From an uncultured Methanosarcinales archaeon (GTDB lineage: Archaea > Nanobdellota > Nanobdellia > Woesearchaeales > UBA525): a stretch of DNA of 64,000 nucleotides. The notes under the pieces are model-generated. The model had not been told where the DNA came from. It worked only from the letters and a program-made list of their open reading frames with translations, and did no database searches. Made by a program: the position numbers and the translations under genes. Each line of letters opens with the position of its first letter. Positions within the stretch are counted from its first letter, which is position 1. Shown here one piece after another: positions 46,368-55,454 of the stretch. The DNA lies in contig CAZPUM010000001.1 of assembly GCA_964589765.1 (NCBI GenBank), forward strand, positions 29,118 to 93,117, read 5' to 3'.

Positions 46368-46818
46368 TCTTCACCATATTATTTTCATTCATGTACAACT
46401 TAATGTGACGGACACTTCTAAAGTATCCTCCTTTCACTTTTCTGTAAAGTAATCTGTAGCCCTCTGATGTCAGAATGCTTTTGTCTTTAAGCTCCTTGAT
46501 GAAATTTCTCTGTGCTCTGACCTTTCTCATCCAAGCTTCTTTTGAGGGGTTTCTTGCTGTGGATTTTCCTTCGCGACTTCCCGCACCTTTTCTAAGCCCC
46601 TTACTTCTCTGTACGGCATTCTTTCTTGCTCTGACTCTGCTCACTCCCTTTATGGGTTCAGCAGATATTAGTCCTTCACGAACCAGCTCGCGAATATCCT
46701 CCTTTGTGATTGCTGCTTTGATATCATTAAGCCTGGAAGGGTCAAACTTGACTCTCTTCTGGGTTGCTTTTAGGACATCAGCGGACAATCTTTTCTGGAG
46801 TGTTAGGTCATATGCCAT
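46360..46818 (-). CDS. rpl19e: Ribosomal protein eL19 (L19e).
   Basis: L19e N-terminus (LQKRLSADVLK). Confidence 0.9.
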   Translation of the reverse strand: MAYDLTLQKRLSADVLKATQKRVKFDPSRLNDIKAAITKEDIRELVREGLISAEPIKGVSRVRARKNAVQRSKGLRKGAGSREGKSTARNPSKEAWMRKVRAQRNFIKELKDKSILTSEGYRLLYRKVKGGYFRSVRHIKLYMNENNMVKSD

Positions 46819-46824
46819 GTATCA

Positions 46825-47526
46825 TCACTTTTTTTCGGAAGGTTTTGGTTCTAGAGAGTCCTTGGAATTCACATTAGCTTTAGTTCCCTGTTGGGTTTTG
46901 GGCTTCTTTGGAGACTCCTTTGTTGACTCTTCTTTCTTGACGGTTGGTTTTTCATCCGCCTTTACTTCCTTCTCTATTTTTTTCTCAAGAGCTTCTGTGG
47001 GTTTCGAAGTTTCTTCGGAATCTTTTTTCTTCTCAGACTCTTCCGCTTCTTTTTCCAGCTCTTTTTGTTTCTTTTCTCGCTCCTGATCGCGCTCCTTCTT
47101 GGACTTACTCTGTGCTTCAAAGTCAGCTTTAATCTTGTCTGCGCGCTCTTTGGATGCGTTTAGGAATGTGAATCCTGCTTTTAGGCCAGCCTCAATGACA
47201 ACTGCCTTTTTCTTGCCCCCTAGTTTTCCACTAACAACAAGTGTGTGCACTTTTGGGTCGAAGTCTTCAAAGTTAACAGATGTTACGATAACAGGAAATA
47301 GACCGTCTTTAGTCTGACCGCGCACAACAACAGGGGTCTGATACCCTCCTTTGAGGTGCTTACGATATCCTTTCCTGTTGTCACCAATTTTGTTGTGAAG
47401 GCCTGTTGGCTTTCTCCACTTTGATGCGAGTTTACTCTTTTTGTGAGCATCCTGTCTGATGAACTTTGGCTGTTTTTTCTTCAAGTTAGCCTTCACATCC
47501 AACAGTCTCTTTTTGTCATCTGCCAT
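46825..47526 (-). CDS. rpl32e: Ribosomal protein eL32 (L32e) with a long K/E-rich C-terminal extension.
   Basis: L32e core (KFIRQDAHKKSKLASKWRKPTGLHNK); tail EKKQKELEKEAEESEKKK.... Confidence 0.85.
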   Translation of the reverse strand: MADDKKRLLDVKANLKKKQPKFIRQDAHKKSKLASKWRKPTGLHNKIGDNRKGYRKHLKGGYQTPVVVRGQTKDGLFPVIVTSVNFEDFDPKVHTLVVSGKLGGKKKAVVIEAGLKAGFTFLNASKERADKIKADFEAQSKSKKERDQEREKKQKELEKEAEESEKKKDSEETSKPTEALEKKIEKEVKADEKPTVKKEESTKESPKKPKTQQGTKANVNSKDSLEPKPSEKK

Positions 47527-47528
47527 GA

Positions 47529-48074
47529 TTATACCTTTTTACCGTCTTTTTCCACGATGTAGATTCCATCCTGGAATACTCTTGAATCAAAACCAGGCCT
47601 CCTAGTGAGCAATTCTATTGCACTGGCCTGGTTTCCTGCGCGAACCTTGTCTAATGACTCTACAACTATATCTGTGCCTTCCATTTTGACATCGACATCA
47701 TCCATTAGCTTGAGCCTTCTTGGAACAGCCTCACCAATGAAGTTCTTTACCTCAAGGACACCGTCCTTGATACTTACATTCATTGGAAAGTGTCCGCTAC
47801 AGATTTTCAGTTTGTAAGTGTGACCCTCAGTTACGCCTCTTGCCGTATTTCGCACAATTGTTGCGGCGGTGTTCATAAGACGCTTGTCTTTCCTGGTGGC
47901 GTTTTTTCTTGTGAAAGTTACTTTGTCACCCTCAATTTTTATGTCATAGTTCTTACTACCAACATCCTTTGACAGCTCTCCTTTTGCTCCCTTTATAGTC
48001 ATAGTGCGACCGCTCATTGAAACGGTCACTCCTTCGGGGAGCTCCACAGTTGCTGTTAGTTCTTCGAGGTGCAT
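47529..48074 (-). CDS. rpl6: Ribosomal protein uL6.
   Basis: Duplicated L6 alpha/beta domains. Confidence 0.9.
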   Translation of the reverse strand: MHLEELTATVELPEGVTVSMSGRTMTIKGAKGELSKDVGSKNYDIKIEGDKVTFTRKNATRKDKRLMNTAATIVRNTARGVTEGHTYKLKICSGHFPMNVSIKDGVLEVKNFIGEAVPRRLKLMDDVDVKMEGTDIVVESLDKVRAGNQASAIELLTRRPGFDSRVFQDGIYIVEKDGKKV

Positions 48075-48086
48075 TGTTTCACTTCC

Positions 48087-48488
48087 TTAGTATGCGAAAG
48101 CAATCAAATTTCCGCCAACATTGGCTTCTTTTGCCTGCTTATGTGTAATTATTCCCTTGTTTGTTGTTAGGATTATAACTCCAAAGTCTTTTGCCGGAAG
48201 GTATCTCTTCTCAAACCTTACGAACTCATCAACACCCACATTGAAGTTAGGCGTAATGACTCCTGTCTTGTTCAGGTTTCCTGAAAGTTTGACTGTGAGC
48301 AGATTACCCTTCGCGTCTTTGGTTTCTTCAAAGCCTTCGATGTAACCTTCCTCTTTTAGGATTGTTAGGACCTGGCGAATCAGGTTACTGTTGCACTTGG
48401 TTGTAAATCCCTTCTTACCAATGCGCTCAGCATTCTGAATTCTACTCAGGACGGCTGCGAGTGGGTTGTTCATGCTCATTTTATTCAC
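48087..48488 (-). CDS. rps8: Ribosomal protein uS8.
   Basis: S8 signature. Confidence 0.9.
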   Translation of the reverse strand: MNKMSMNNPLAAVLSRIQNAERIGKKGFTTKCNSNLIRQVLTILKEEGYIEGFEETKDAKGNLLTVKLSGNLNKTGVITPNFNVGVDEFVRFEKRYLPAKDFGVIILTTNKGIITHKQAKEANVGGNLIAFAY

Positions 48489-48719
48489 CTAGTTATACTG
48501 CTTAAAGCCGAGGTCGACTGCGTTCTCTCTGAAACACTGACGGCAGATGTTCAATCCATATGAACTGATGTGCCCGCCTGCGCGTCCGCATCGCTTACAT
48601 CTCTTAGAGCTCTTACCAAATTTTCTGTCATCTGGTTTGTTGTGCTTCTTGTACTTTGCAACCTTTCCTGGCTTCTTACTTATCTGCTTCAGTACTTTGC
48701 TGTGATGCGATACGGTCAT
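48489..48719 (-). CDS. rps14: Ribosomal protein uS14 (zinc-binding type).
   Basis: [11 protein letters not shown]...CRQC zinc ribbon. Confidence 0.85.
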   Translation of the reverse strand: MTVSHHSKVLKQISKKPGKVAKYKKHNKPDDRKFGKSSKRCKRCGRAGGHISSYGLNICRQCFRENAVDLGFKQYN

Positions 48720-48721
48720 GT

Positions 48722-49267
48722 TTATTCCTCTAGCTTTGTGTTGAAAGTCGCGTTCATGAAAGCGACCGCCTCATCCTTTTTGATAAGGTGCTTTTTGTTG
48801 ACTTTACCAGGCCTGAAATTTCGTCTCTTGACTCTGTACCCAGGTCTCTCAAGACTGATACACGCCTGAAGACCGATGATTCCAATCTCAGGGTCGTACT
48901 TGCTTCCGTCAATATCAATGTACTCCGGAATTCCGAAACTGATGTTGCCTGCATCATCATAGTTATTTTTCTTCAAATGATTTTCTTTGGCGGAGAGCAG
49001 TCTTGGGATTACCTCTTCTGCCTGCTTTCCTCTTAGTGTAATTTTACAGCCAATAGGCAAGCCAGGTCGAAGTCCCCAACCGGGAATCCTCTTTTTGGTC
49101 ACGGTTTTTACCGGAGGAATTCCTGTCAACTGCTCAAGCAGTTTCATTCCCTTTTCTAGGAGCTGTGCATCCTTTCCTGCTCCGATGTTTAAGGTGACTT
49201 TCTCTACCCTTATCTGTTTCATCGGTTGCTCCGTGACTGTTTTTGCTTGCTGTGTCATATGTATCAA
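48722..49267 (-). CDS. rpl5: Ribosomal protein uL5.
   Basis: L5 signature. Confidence 0.9.
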   Translation of the reverse strand: MIHMTQQAKTVTEQPMKQIRVEKVTLNIGAGKDAQLLEKGMKLLEQLTGIPPVKTVTKKRIPGWGLRPGLPIGCKITLRGKQAEEVIPRLLSAKENHLKKNNYDDAGNISFGIPEYIDIDGSKYDPEIGIIGLQACISLERPGYRVKRRNFRPGKVNKKHLIKKDEAVAFMNATFNTKLEE

Positions 49268-49947
49268 CCTAGTGTTATGATTGGCTTGTCCTTGCCGATT
49301 ACAAATGCGTAATCGATAGATGTCTGGAATGTTTCTTTTCCAGATTTGATTGTCAGTGAACCTTCCTCTTTGTCAATCTCTTCGATAGACCCGACTTTTC
49401 CGATGTGGTTTCCACCGACAACAAGAATTGCTGCGCCTTTCTCGAAGGTGAGCTTCTCCTTGATTTTACCGTCAAGGTCAACCACTACTGAATCTCTGTT
49501 CTTGTACTGACCAACATCTACTAGAAGGTTGAAACCTCCTCTGCAGTTAAGCTGAATCTTTCCGCCTCCTACAGTTGTTTTACCTCTTACTTGGTAGATG
49601 ACAAACTCCTCGCCTTTCTTTACGGGGGTTACAGTCAGCACGTTATTCTTGTTAATCAGAACTCTGTAATTGTCTTTGTCGATTGTTAGTAAGTCCATGA
49701 ACCCTACAGGATCATCTGTGTGATGCAATTTTCTGCCATTAATCTTTACCTCAGAGTTCTTCAGCACGAGCTGTGCTTGCCTTGCAGTCTGTACTAGACC
49801 AAGTACTTCTCGAAGTACTATTGCCACAGGCATACTCAGCGCCAAAGTGTGTCCACTAGGTCTTGGCCTCATGATGAAGGTTGTTTCCTTCCTAGGTATT
49901 GGCCAGGTCCTCGGTGCCGCTTTCCTCTTTAGATGGTATTTTGTCAT
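49264..49947 (-). CDS. rps4e: Ribosomal protein eS4 (S4e).
   Basis: S4e N-terminus (HLKRKAAPRTWPI); KOW. Internal ATG chosen to limit overlap with uL24. Confidence 0.85.
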   Translation of the reverse strand: MTKYHLKRKAAPRTWPIPRKETTFIMRPRPSGHTLALSMPVAIVLREVLGLVQTARQAQLVLKNSEVKINGRKLHHTDDPVGFMDLLTIDKDNYRVLINKNNVLTVTPVKKGEEFVIYQVRGKTTVGGGKIQLNCRGGFNLLVDVGQYKNRDSVVVDLDGKIKEKLTFEKGAAILVVGGNHIGKVGSIEEIDKEEGSLTIKSGKETFQTSIDYAFVIGKDKPIITLG

Positions 49948-49951
49948 TTGA

Positions 49952-50335
49952 TCACTTCTTCTTTGCAAGCCTTCGCTTGTCTGTTGTATCCAACTCAACA
50001 ATCATCAAGTTGCTCGCATTCATTCCATAAGGAACCTTTGTTGCGCCGTCTTTCTTGACAATCTCAACCTTTGTTACATAGACTTTACTTCGAGTTGTGT
50101 CGACCTTGTCAACCTTGCCCTCGCGTCCTTTGAAAGTGCCTCTTAGTACGCGGACCTTGTCACCTTTTCTCACTCGGAGTGAGCGGGTGCCGTGCTTTTC
50201 ACGGAGGTCCTTGGCAAGGGTTGCATGAAGGAAGCTACCTCGAATATGATGTGGCGCATTGTACCTGTACTTGCGCTGCTTTCTTGGTTGCTTGCTTGCA
50301 TTCCATGTCGAACTGAATCTTGTCATTGTTATCAC
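49952..50335 (-). CDS. rpl24: Ribosomal protein uL24.
   Basis: KOW (RVRKGDKVRVLRGTFKGREGKV). Confidence 0.85.
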   Translation of the reverse strand: MITMTRFSSTWNASKQPRKQRKYRYNAPHHIRGSFLHATLAKDLREKHGTRSLRVRKGDKVRVLRGTFKGREGKVDKVDTTRSKVYVTKVEIVKKDGATKVPYGMNASNLMIVELDTTDKRRLAKKK

Positions 50336-50733
50336 ACGATTATGTTAGCAACTTTGGCCACTGCTGGCCATCTCGCTGCCACTTCTTTTGCTATTGGTCC
50401 CTTGAAGATTGTACCCTTCGGGTTACCCTTTTCATCCTTGAGTACAACCGCACAGTTATCCTCGAAACTAACTCTAGTCCCGTCGGCTCTGCGGTACTCT
50501 TTTTTCTGTCGGACTATGATTGCGTGAACAACCTGTTTTCTCATGTCAGGCCTTCCTTTTTTTACTGCCGCGAGTACCATGTCACCGACACCTGCCGCGG
50601 GGGACTGACCCTTGCGGGTCTTGTGTCGCTTAACTGAGAATATTTTCAGGACCTTGGCACCCGAGTTATCACAGGTTTCAAGCTCTGCCCCGACTGGGAT
50701 TCCTCTTGTTACTCTTGCATTGACAGATTTCAT
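50332..50733 (-). CDS. rpl14: Ribosomal protein uL14.
   Basis: L14 signature (CDNSGAK...). Confidence 0.9.
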   Translation of the reverse strand: MKSVNARVTRGIPVGAELETCDNSGAKVLKIFSVKRHKTRKGQSPAAGVGDMVLAAVKKGRPDMRKQVVHAIIVRQKKEYRRADGTRVSFEDNCAVVLKDEKGNPKGTIFKGPIAKEVAARWPAVAKVANIIV

Positions 50734-50735
50734 GA

Positions 50736-51056
50736 TTATGCCTCTAGTATCTTTGTTACGATGAAGTTCTTTGTCTTGCTGATGGGTCTTGTTTCGCGAA
50801 TCTCAACAAGGTCGCCGGTTTTAGCACCGATGTCATTGTGTGCTTTGACCCTTGTTCTTGCCTTTGTGTAACGCTGGTACTTTGGAATGTACTTTCTTCG
50901 TTCCCAAACAACAGTTACTGTTTTGGCCATTTTATCAGAAACAACTGTGCCTGTGAAAGTTCTTCCTCTAACTGGGAAAGCGGTCTTCTCCTTCTCAGGA
51001 GTTTTTTTTGCAGACGTTTTTGTCGCCTTCTTTGCAGTGGTTTTTTCTTCGGTCAT
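50736..51056 (-). CDS. rps17: Ribosomal protein uS17.
   Basis: OB-fold S17 core (GTVVSDKMAKTVTVVWERRKY). The internal ATG at 51056 is used because the longer track ORF overlaps SUI1 and the mini-Rpp29 ORF. Confidence 0.85.
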   Translation of the reverse strand: MTEEKTTAKKATKTSAKKTPEKEKTAFPVRGRTFTGTVVSDKMAKTVTVVWERRKYIPKYQRYTKARTRVKAHNDIGAKTGDLVEIRETRPISKTKNFIVTKILEA

Positions 51057-51211
51057 TTTGTTTCCTCGATTTGGTCTTTTATTATTTTTTTTCTTTCGTT
51101 TTTGGTGTCGATGATGAGTGTGTTTTTGGTTTCGTTGACGATGGTTCCTGTTGTTCCTTGAAACGTTTTGTTGGTTGCTTTGGTAATCGTAATTGTTTCT
51201 CCGATCTTCAC
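51053..51211 (-). CDS. rnp1: Unannotated 52-codon ORF with RNase P protein Rpp29 (component 1) core similarity; GTG start.
   Basis: Translation VKIGETITITKATNKTFQGTTGTIVNETKNTLIIDTKNERKKIIKDQIEETK aligns with the archaeal Rpp29 core (...[32 protein letters not shown]...RIWKVPKD...). The GTG overlaps the SUI1 stop (GTGA) and the stop overlaps the uS17 ATG (ATGA). The position is syntenic with Rpp29 in other archaea. Confidence 0.55.
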   Translation of the reverse strand: MKIGETITITKATNKTFQGTTGTIVNETKNTLIIDTKNERKKIIKDQIEETK

Positions 51212-51519
51212 TGCTTGACCTCAATGGTTTCCGGTGCGAATCCAAGCCTGATGAGCTCGTCTTTCACGTTTCTTCGGTGGTCACCTTGGAGTTCGATTTG
51301 ACCTCCTTTGGCTGTTCCCCCGCACGCGAATTTGTTCTTGAGCTTCTTCGCCAGGTCTTTTGTGTCAACCTCGTTTTCGTTGATTCCCGTAATGACTGTA
51401 TACGCCTTACCGAACTTTTTACGGTCCAGCTTCACCATTATTTTCTGCGATTCGCGAGCGATTGCCTCACATACGCAGAGGTCTTGTGGCAGGCCACATG
51501 TGTTACAGATATCAGTCAT
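51208..51519 (-). CDS. sui1: Translation initiation factor SUI1 (aIF1).
   Basis: SUI1 domain (KAYTVITGI...KKLKNKFACGGTAK). Confidence 0.85.
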   Translation of the reverse strand: MTDICNTCGLPQDLCVCEAIARESQKIMVKLDRKKFGKAYTVITGINENEVDTKDLAKKLKNKFACGGTAKGGQIELQGDHRRNVKDELIRLGFAPETIEVKQ

Positions 51520-51716
51520 TGCTTACTCATCACCTCCTTGTTTTTTATTGTCATGATTCTAGCAATTGTTCTCTTGATTTCGCGGATTCTTCCAGACTCT
51601 TTACCAGCACCGCCAGTTGCGGCTTGGGACTTGTACTTCATGAGCTCAAAATTTGCTTTCTGAAGCTCTTTGTCCAAATCCTCCGGACTCTTTTTCTGTA
51701 AATCCTTGAATTTCAT
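51516..51716 (-). CDS. rpl29: Ribosomal protein uL29.
   Basis: L29 helical signature (LQKKSPEDLDKELQKANFELMKYKSQ). Confidence 0.8.
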   Translation of the reverse strand: MKFKDLQKKSPEDLDKELQKANFELMKYKSQAATGGAGKESGRIREIKRTIARIMTIKNKEVMSKQ

Positions 51717-52501
51717 TATTCCTTAGCCTCCTTTTCTTCGGGCTTTTTCTCTTCGACCTTCTTGGCCTGTTTCTTAGGAGATTTCTTTTTGGTCTCCTCG
51801 GATTTTTTCTCTTCCTTGGGCTCAACCTTGGCAACCTTTACAGCCTCTTCAATCTCCTTTGCTTCTTTCTTTCCCGTCACTTCTTCAACAACGGGCGCGG
51901 TTGGCATATTGATATCAATCTGGTCAGGGAGTACTGTTGTCGAGGGCATTACACTTACCTTGATTCCAACGACCCCTGTCTTGAGTTCTGCGATTCTGTA
52001 TGCTACATTGACACCTTCAACTGCGATGTCGCCTGATTTCTTCAGATACCCTTGGTAAAATCTCCAGGTCTTTCCTCTCTGGCTAGGTACTTTTCCGCTG
52101 ATTAGGATTTCAACACCTAGTGCGCCTGCGCGCATCGCTTCGAAAATCGCTTTGTGACCTATTCCTTTGAATCGTCCAGCTCCGAATCGCTCCAGACTGT
52201 TGCTGATCATCTCTGCCAGAATGTCCGGCTCAATCATTGGGTTGACAAGCTCTTCAATCTCAATCTGGGGGTTCTCCAGCTTGAAATCTTCTTTCAGTTC
52301 CTTTGTAAGCTGGTGGATGTTCTGTCCTCCACGTCCTACAACAAGTCCTGGCCTGCTACAACTGACCAAGATTTTCTCACCAAGTGGTGTTCTCTGGAGC
52401 TTAACTCTTGCAACACCAACCTTCCCTAGGCTGTTGAAGATATGCTCCTTTATCTGGAACTCGCGCATTTTCTGCTGGATGAATTTTCGTTCGATTGCCA
52501 T
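51716..52501 (-). CDS. rps3: Ribosomal protein uS3 with a K/E-rich C-terminal tail.
   Basis: KH domain plus S3 C-terminal domain. Confidence 0.9.
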   Translation of the reverse strand: MAIERKFIQQKMREFQIKEHIFNSLGKVGVARVKLQRTPLGEKILVSCSRPGLVVGRGGQNIHQLTKELKEDFKLENPQIEIEELVNPMIEPDILAEMISNSLERFGAGRFKGIGHKAIFEAMRAGALGVEILISGKVPSQRGKTWRFYQGYLKKSGDIAVEGVNVAYRIAELKTGVVGIKVSVMPSTTVLPDQIDINMPTAPVVEEVTGKKEAKEIEEAVKVAKVEPKEEKKSEETKKKSPKKQAKKVEEKKPEEKEAKE

Positions 52502-52505
52502 ATGA

Positions 52506-53171
52506 TTATTCCTTCTTTGCCTCTTCAGGCTTTTCTTCTACCTTTTCAACAGGCTTTTCCTCAACCTTCTCTTTTGAAACTTCCTTGTTATCTACAGGCT
52601 TTGGTTTTTCCTTTGATTCCTGTTTCTTAGGCTCAGGCTTCTGTTCCTCTTTTGGTGTTTCATCGGCCTCAGGCTTAGGTGTCTCTTTTTTCTCTGCAGG
52701 TTTTTCAGCTTTCTTTGGTTCAGATTTCTTCTTCGCCTTTTTCTCAGTCTCAACCACTATTACCTCAAGATGAGTCCTCTTGAACTCCCCACGGTACTTT
52801 GAGCGGTTTCTCATTGGCCTGCTTGCTCTGTTTGCCGCAAGGTGCTTGATTACAAGTGTTCCTGTGAAACCTTGCGCAGTTGCGTTGGCCTTTACAGCCG
52901 TGAACAAAACCAGGAACTCTGTGGCTGCCTTGACAGGGTATCGCCCTGCGCCCATTTTTCCTGGTCTATGTCCTACACCATCTGTGAATCTTTTGAATGG
53001 AATGGCTTGTGTCTTGCTTTTAACGCCTTCAAGAATTGTTATAGCATGTTCTATCTCTTTCCCTCTTAGGAAATTGCAAACCTCGATTGCGACCTTCGTA
53101 CTAATCGAAACGTCCTTTGCCATAGCTCTGGCGGACTTGGTCTCAACCGTTGTCATGTATGTGTGTGCCAT
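52506..53171 (-). CDS. rpl22: Ribosomal protein uL22 with a K/E/P-rich C-terminal tail.
   Basis: L22 core followed by AKKKSEPKKAEKPAEKKETPKPE.... Confidence 0.85.
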   Translation of the reverse strand: MAHTYMTTVETKSARAMAKDVSISTKVAIEVCNFLRGKEIEHAITILEGVKSKTQAIPFKRFTDGVGHRPGKMGAGRYPVKAATEFLVLFTAVKANATAQGFTGTLVIKHLAANRASRPMRNRSKYRGEFKRTHLEVIVVETEKKAKKKSEPKKAEKPAEKKETPKPEADETPKEEQKPEPKKQESKEKPKPVDNKEVSKEKVEEKPVEKVEEKPEEAKKE

Positions 53172-53172
53172 T

Positions 53173-53517
53173 TTACTTCTTTCCTACGTTGTGTTTTGCT
53201 ATCTTTCTCGTCATTACGAACTGTCCTAGTCGCTGACCGAGCATCTCTTCGGTGATTGTGACTGCAACATACTCGTTGCCTCTGTGAACCATCACGGTCT
53301 TGCCTACCATTTGAGGAATAATAACCATCTCACGTGCTTGAGTCTTGACTTTGTCTTTCTTTTCGAGCTTTTTCAAGAGGTTCCTCTCCTCCGTTGAGAA
53401 TCCTCTTAGGATACTTCTTCTTTCCCTGCTTGGGATTAGCTGTGCAAACTCTTTTGCACTCATCTGATTGAGCTGTTCAAGCTTCAAACCCTTGTACGTG
53501 AACTCTTTCTTTGCCAT
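53173..53517 (-). CDS. rps19: Ribosomal protein uS19.
   Basis: S19 signature (GKTVMVHRGNEYV...GQRLGQFVMTRK). Confidence 0.85.
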   Translation of the reverse strand: MAKKEFTYKGLKLEQLNQMSAKEFAQLIPSRERRSILRGFSTEERNLLKKLEKKDKVKTQAREMVIIPQMVGKTVMVHRGNEYVAVTITEEMLGQRLGQFVMTRKIAKHNVGKK

Positions 53518-53524
53518 TTTATCC

Positions 53525-54247
53525 TCAGTTGTTTCTTACTCTAGTACCGCGTGCACGGCCAGTCTTTCTTGGTCGAATCATTCCGACCTTGCGACCACGT
53601 GGTGCGTTCTTCGGTGAGATAGTTGGTCTTCCCTTTCGTCCGGAGCGCTTTCCTCCGAAGGGGTGCGCAACTGCGTTCATTGCAGCTCCGCTGACCTTTG
53701 GCCAGAACTTGTTCTTGGCCTTCATCTTATGGAACTTAATTCCTGCTTTCATCACAGGCTTCTCTAATCTGCCGCCCCCGGCAGCTGTTCCGAGCATTGC
53801 TCGGCATTCAGGATGGAAAGCTCTCTTTTTCTTGCTCGGCATCAGTACTAGGATTTTGTCCTTCTGCTTGCCGAGCACTCTTCCGACTGCACCACTTCCA
53901 CGAATGAACTTTCCACCGTCTCCTGGTGCAGCCTCAATATTGTAAACGAGGCATCCCTCTGGAAGCTCTTTCAAAGTGGTAGCATTACCGTAGTTCAGTT
54001 CTGCTGAACCAAGCGTGATTGTGTCTCCGACCTTGATGCCTTCAGGCGCAATCAGGTATGCTGTTTCGCCATCCTCAAACTTAACTTTCATCAAAGGTGC
54101 GGTATGATGTGAACAAGTCTCCAGGTCCAGAACTTTTGCATCACCATTCTTTCTTGGAAGCTTAACGTCTCCCTTTGAACGGAAACTCATAGCTCGGAAA
54201 GTGCTTGTTCCGCGTCCTCTCCTCTGCTGAATTAAGTTCTTACCCAT
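53525..54247 (-). CDS. rpl2: Ribosomal protein uL2.
   Basis: L2 signature. Confidence 0.9.
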   Translation of the reverse strand: MGKNLIQQRRGRGTSTFRAMSFRSKGDVKLPRKNGDAKVLDLETCSHHTAPLMKVKFEDGETAYLIAPEGIKVGDTITLGSAELNYGNATTLKELPEGCLVYNIEAAPGDGGKFIRGSGAVGRVLGKQKDKILVLMPSKKKRAFHPECRAMLGTAAGGGRLEKPVMKAGIKFHKMKAKNKFWPKVSGAAMNAVAHPFGGKRSGRKGRPTISPKNAPRGRKVGMIRPRKTGRARGTRVRNN

Positions 54248-54248
54248 A

Positions 54249-54512
54249 TTACATCAACCCTAGTTTTGTTGCGATATCTATCGCGGGCGTTTCCGGACTG
54301 AACTGTATGTAAGCGCGCTTCTCGCCCTTCGATGTGTTCATTGTGTTAACCTTCAACACCTTTGCATTGAGTTCTTCCTCGACTGCCTTCTTGATTTCCT
54401 CTTTTTTTGCGTCGCGTGCGACTACGAAAATCAGTTTGTTCTCAGCATCGATGTATCTGACCGCCTTTTCAGTTGCCAGTGGATACTTTAGGATTGAACT
54501 CATGATTATCAC
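54249..54512 (-). CDS. rpl23: Ribosomal protein uL23.
   Basis: L23 signature. Confidence 0.85.
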   Translation of the reverse strand: MIIMSSILKYPLATEKAVRYIDAENKLIFVVARDAKKEEIKKAVEEELNAKVLKVNTMNTSKGEKRAYIQFSPETPAIDIATKLGLM

Positions 54513-55453
54513 TTCTTAGCAGGCTTTACAGCCTTCTTTGGCACCTTCTTTGATACCTTCTTTGGTGTCTTTGCAACTTTTTTTGCAACTTTCTTTACTG
54601 GTTTCACAGGAGCAGGCTTCTCGGCCTTAACCCCTTTGTAGTCCTTAGTGAACAGCCCCTCTTTTTCGAGGCGCTCAATCGCGGACTTTGTGTAAAGTGT
54701 GAGTCTTCCCGGCCTTGTTCCTGGTGCTAACAACTCTGCATTGACTGCGTTAACTGTTGCGACCTCTGTGCCTGGGAGATTTCCTGCAGCCTTCTCGATT
54801 GGCTGGTCATCCTTTCCTGTTACAAAAAGGAAGCTAACCGGACTCTTGTATTTCCTGCCTCGGAGTTTTCCGATACCTGCACGGATTCTTTTTTGACTTG
54901 CCCTGGCAAGTTCATCTGCGAATCCTAGCTGGACAAGAACCTTCTCAAGCTCTGCGGTTTTCTGGATTGACTCAAAGGAGTCATCGATAATGAATGGAAA
55001 TCCTTCTGGTATTTTGTGCCCTCTTGCAGTAATAATGTCTGCGTTTACAGTTGCAGACAAGGCTGCCCTGATGGCTTTGCGGTTCTCAGTCTTGTTGATT
55101 TTCTGAGCCCACTTTTTCTCGGCTTTTGGACCGTGTGCTCTTCGTCCGCCGATTGTTCCTGGTGCCTCTGCACCTACCATGTGCATCTGACTTCCTCTTC
55201 TGCTGAGAATTTTTCTTGGGACTCTGCTGATTCCCTTACCGTAAGAACCACGGTACTTTCTTCTCCTTCTAGATAGGTCTGCAGCGTGCTGTAGTCCCGC
55301 GCGAGCAAATACTCCGTACGCCTGCCTTCTGGCTGACTGAAGTGCTAGAACCGCGCGGGTTATGATATCCTCACGTACTGACTCAGAGAACTGAATAGGA
55401 AGGGTGACATCCCCTGTGGCCTTGTTTTCTGTAGTCATTACTTTGAGTTTCAT
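54509..55453 (-). CDS. rpl4: Ribosomal protein uL4 with a K-rich C-terminal tail.
   Basis: L4/L1e core; tail KPAPVKPVKKVAKKVAKTPKKVSKK. Confidence 0.85.
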   Translation of the reverse strand: MKLKVMTTENKATGDVTLPIQFSESVREDIITRAVLALQSARRQAYGVFARAGLQHAADLSRRRRKYRGSYGKGISRVPRKILSRRGSQMHMVGAEAPGTIGGRRAHGPKAEKKWAQKINKTENRKAIRAALSATVNADIITARGHKIPEGFPFIIDDSFESIQKTAELEKVLVQLGFADELARASQKRIRAGIGKLRGRKYKSPVSFLFVTGKDDQPIEKAAGNLPGTEVATVNAVNAELLAPGTRPGRLTLYTKSAIERLEKEGLFTKDYKGVKAEKPAPVKPVKKVAKKVAKTPKKVSKKVPKKAVKPAKK

Positions 55454-55454
55454 A

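Noticed and set aside
46475-47317. Several plus-strand ORFs of 60-200 aa inside the eL32, eL19 and uL6 region, and similar antisense ORFs throughout 44-56 kb.
   Set aside because: They are antisense to well-supported ribosomal-protein genes and arise from their repetitive K/E tail codons.
50736-51245. Long uS17 ORF with a 63-residue N/Q/H/R-rich N-terminal extension (alternative-start call).
   Set aside because: It overlaps the SUI1 3' end and the Rpp29-like frame. An internal ATG at 51056 gives a canonical uS17. The extension is low-complexity read-through of another frame.
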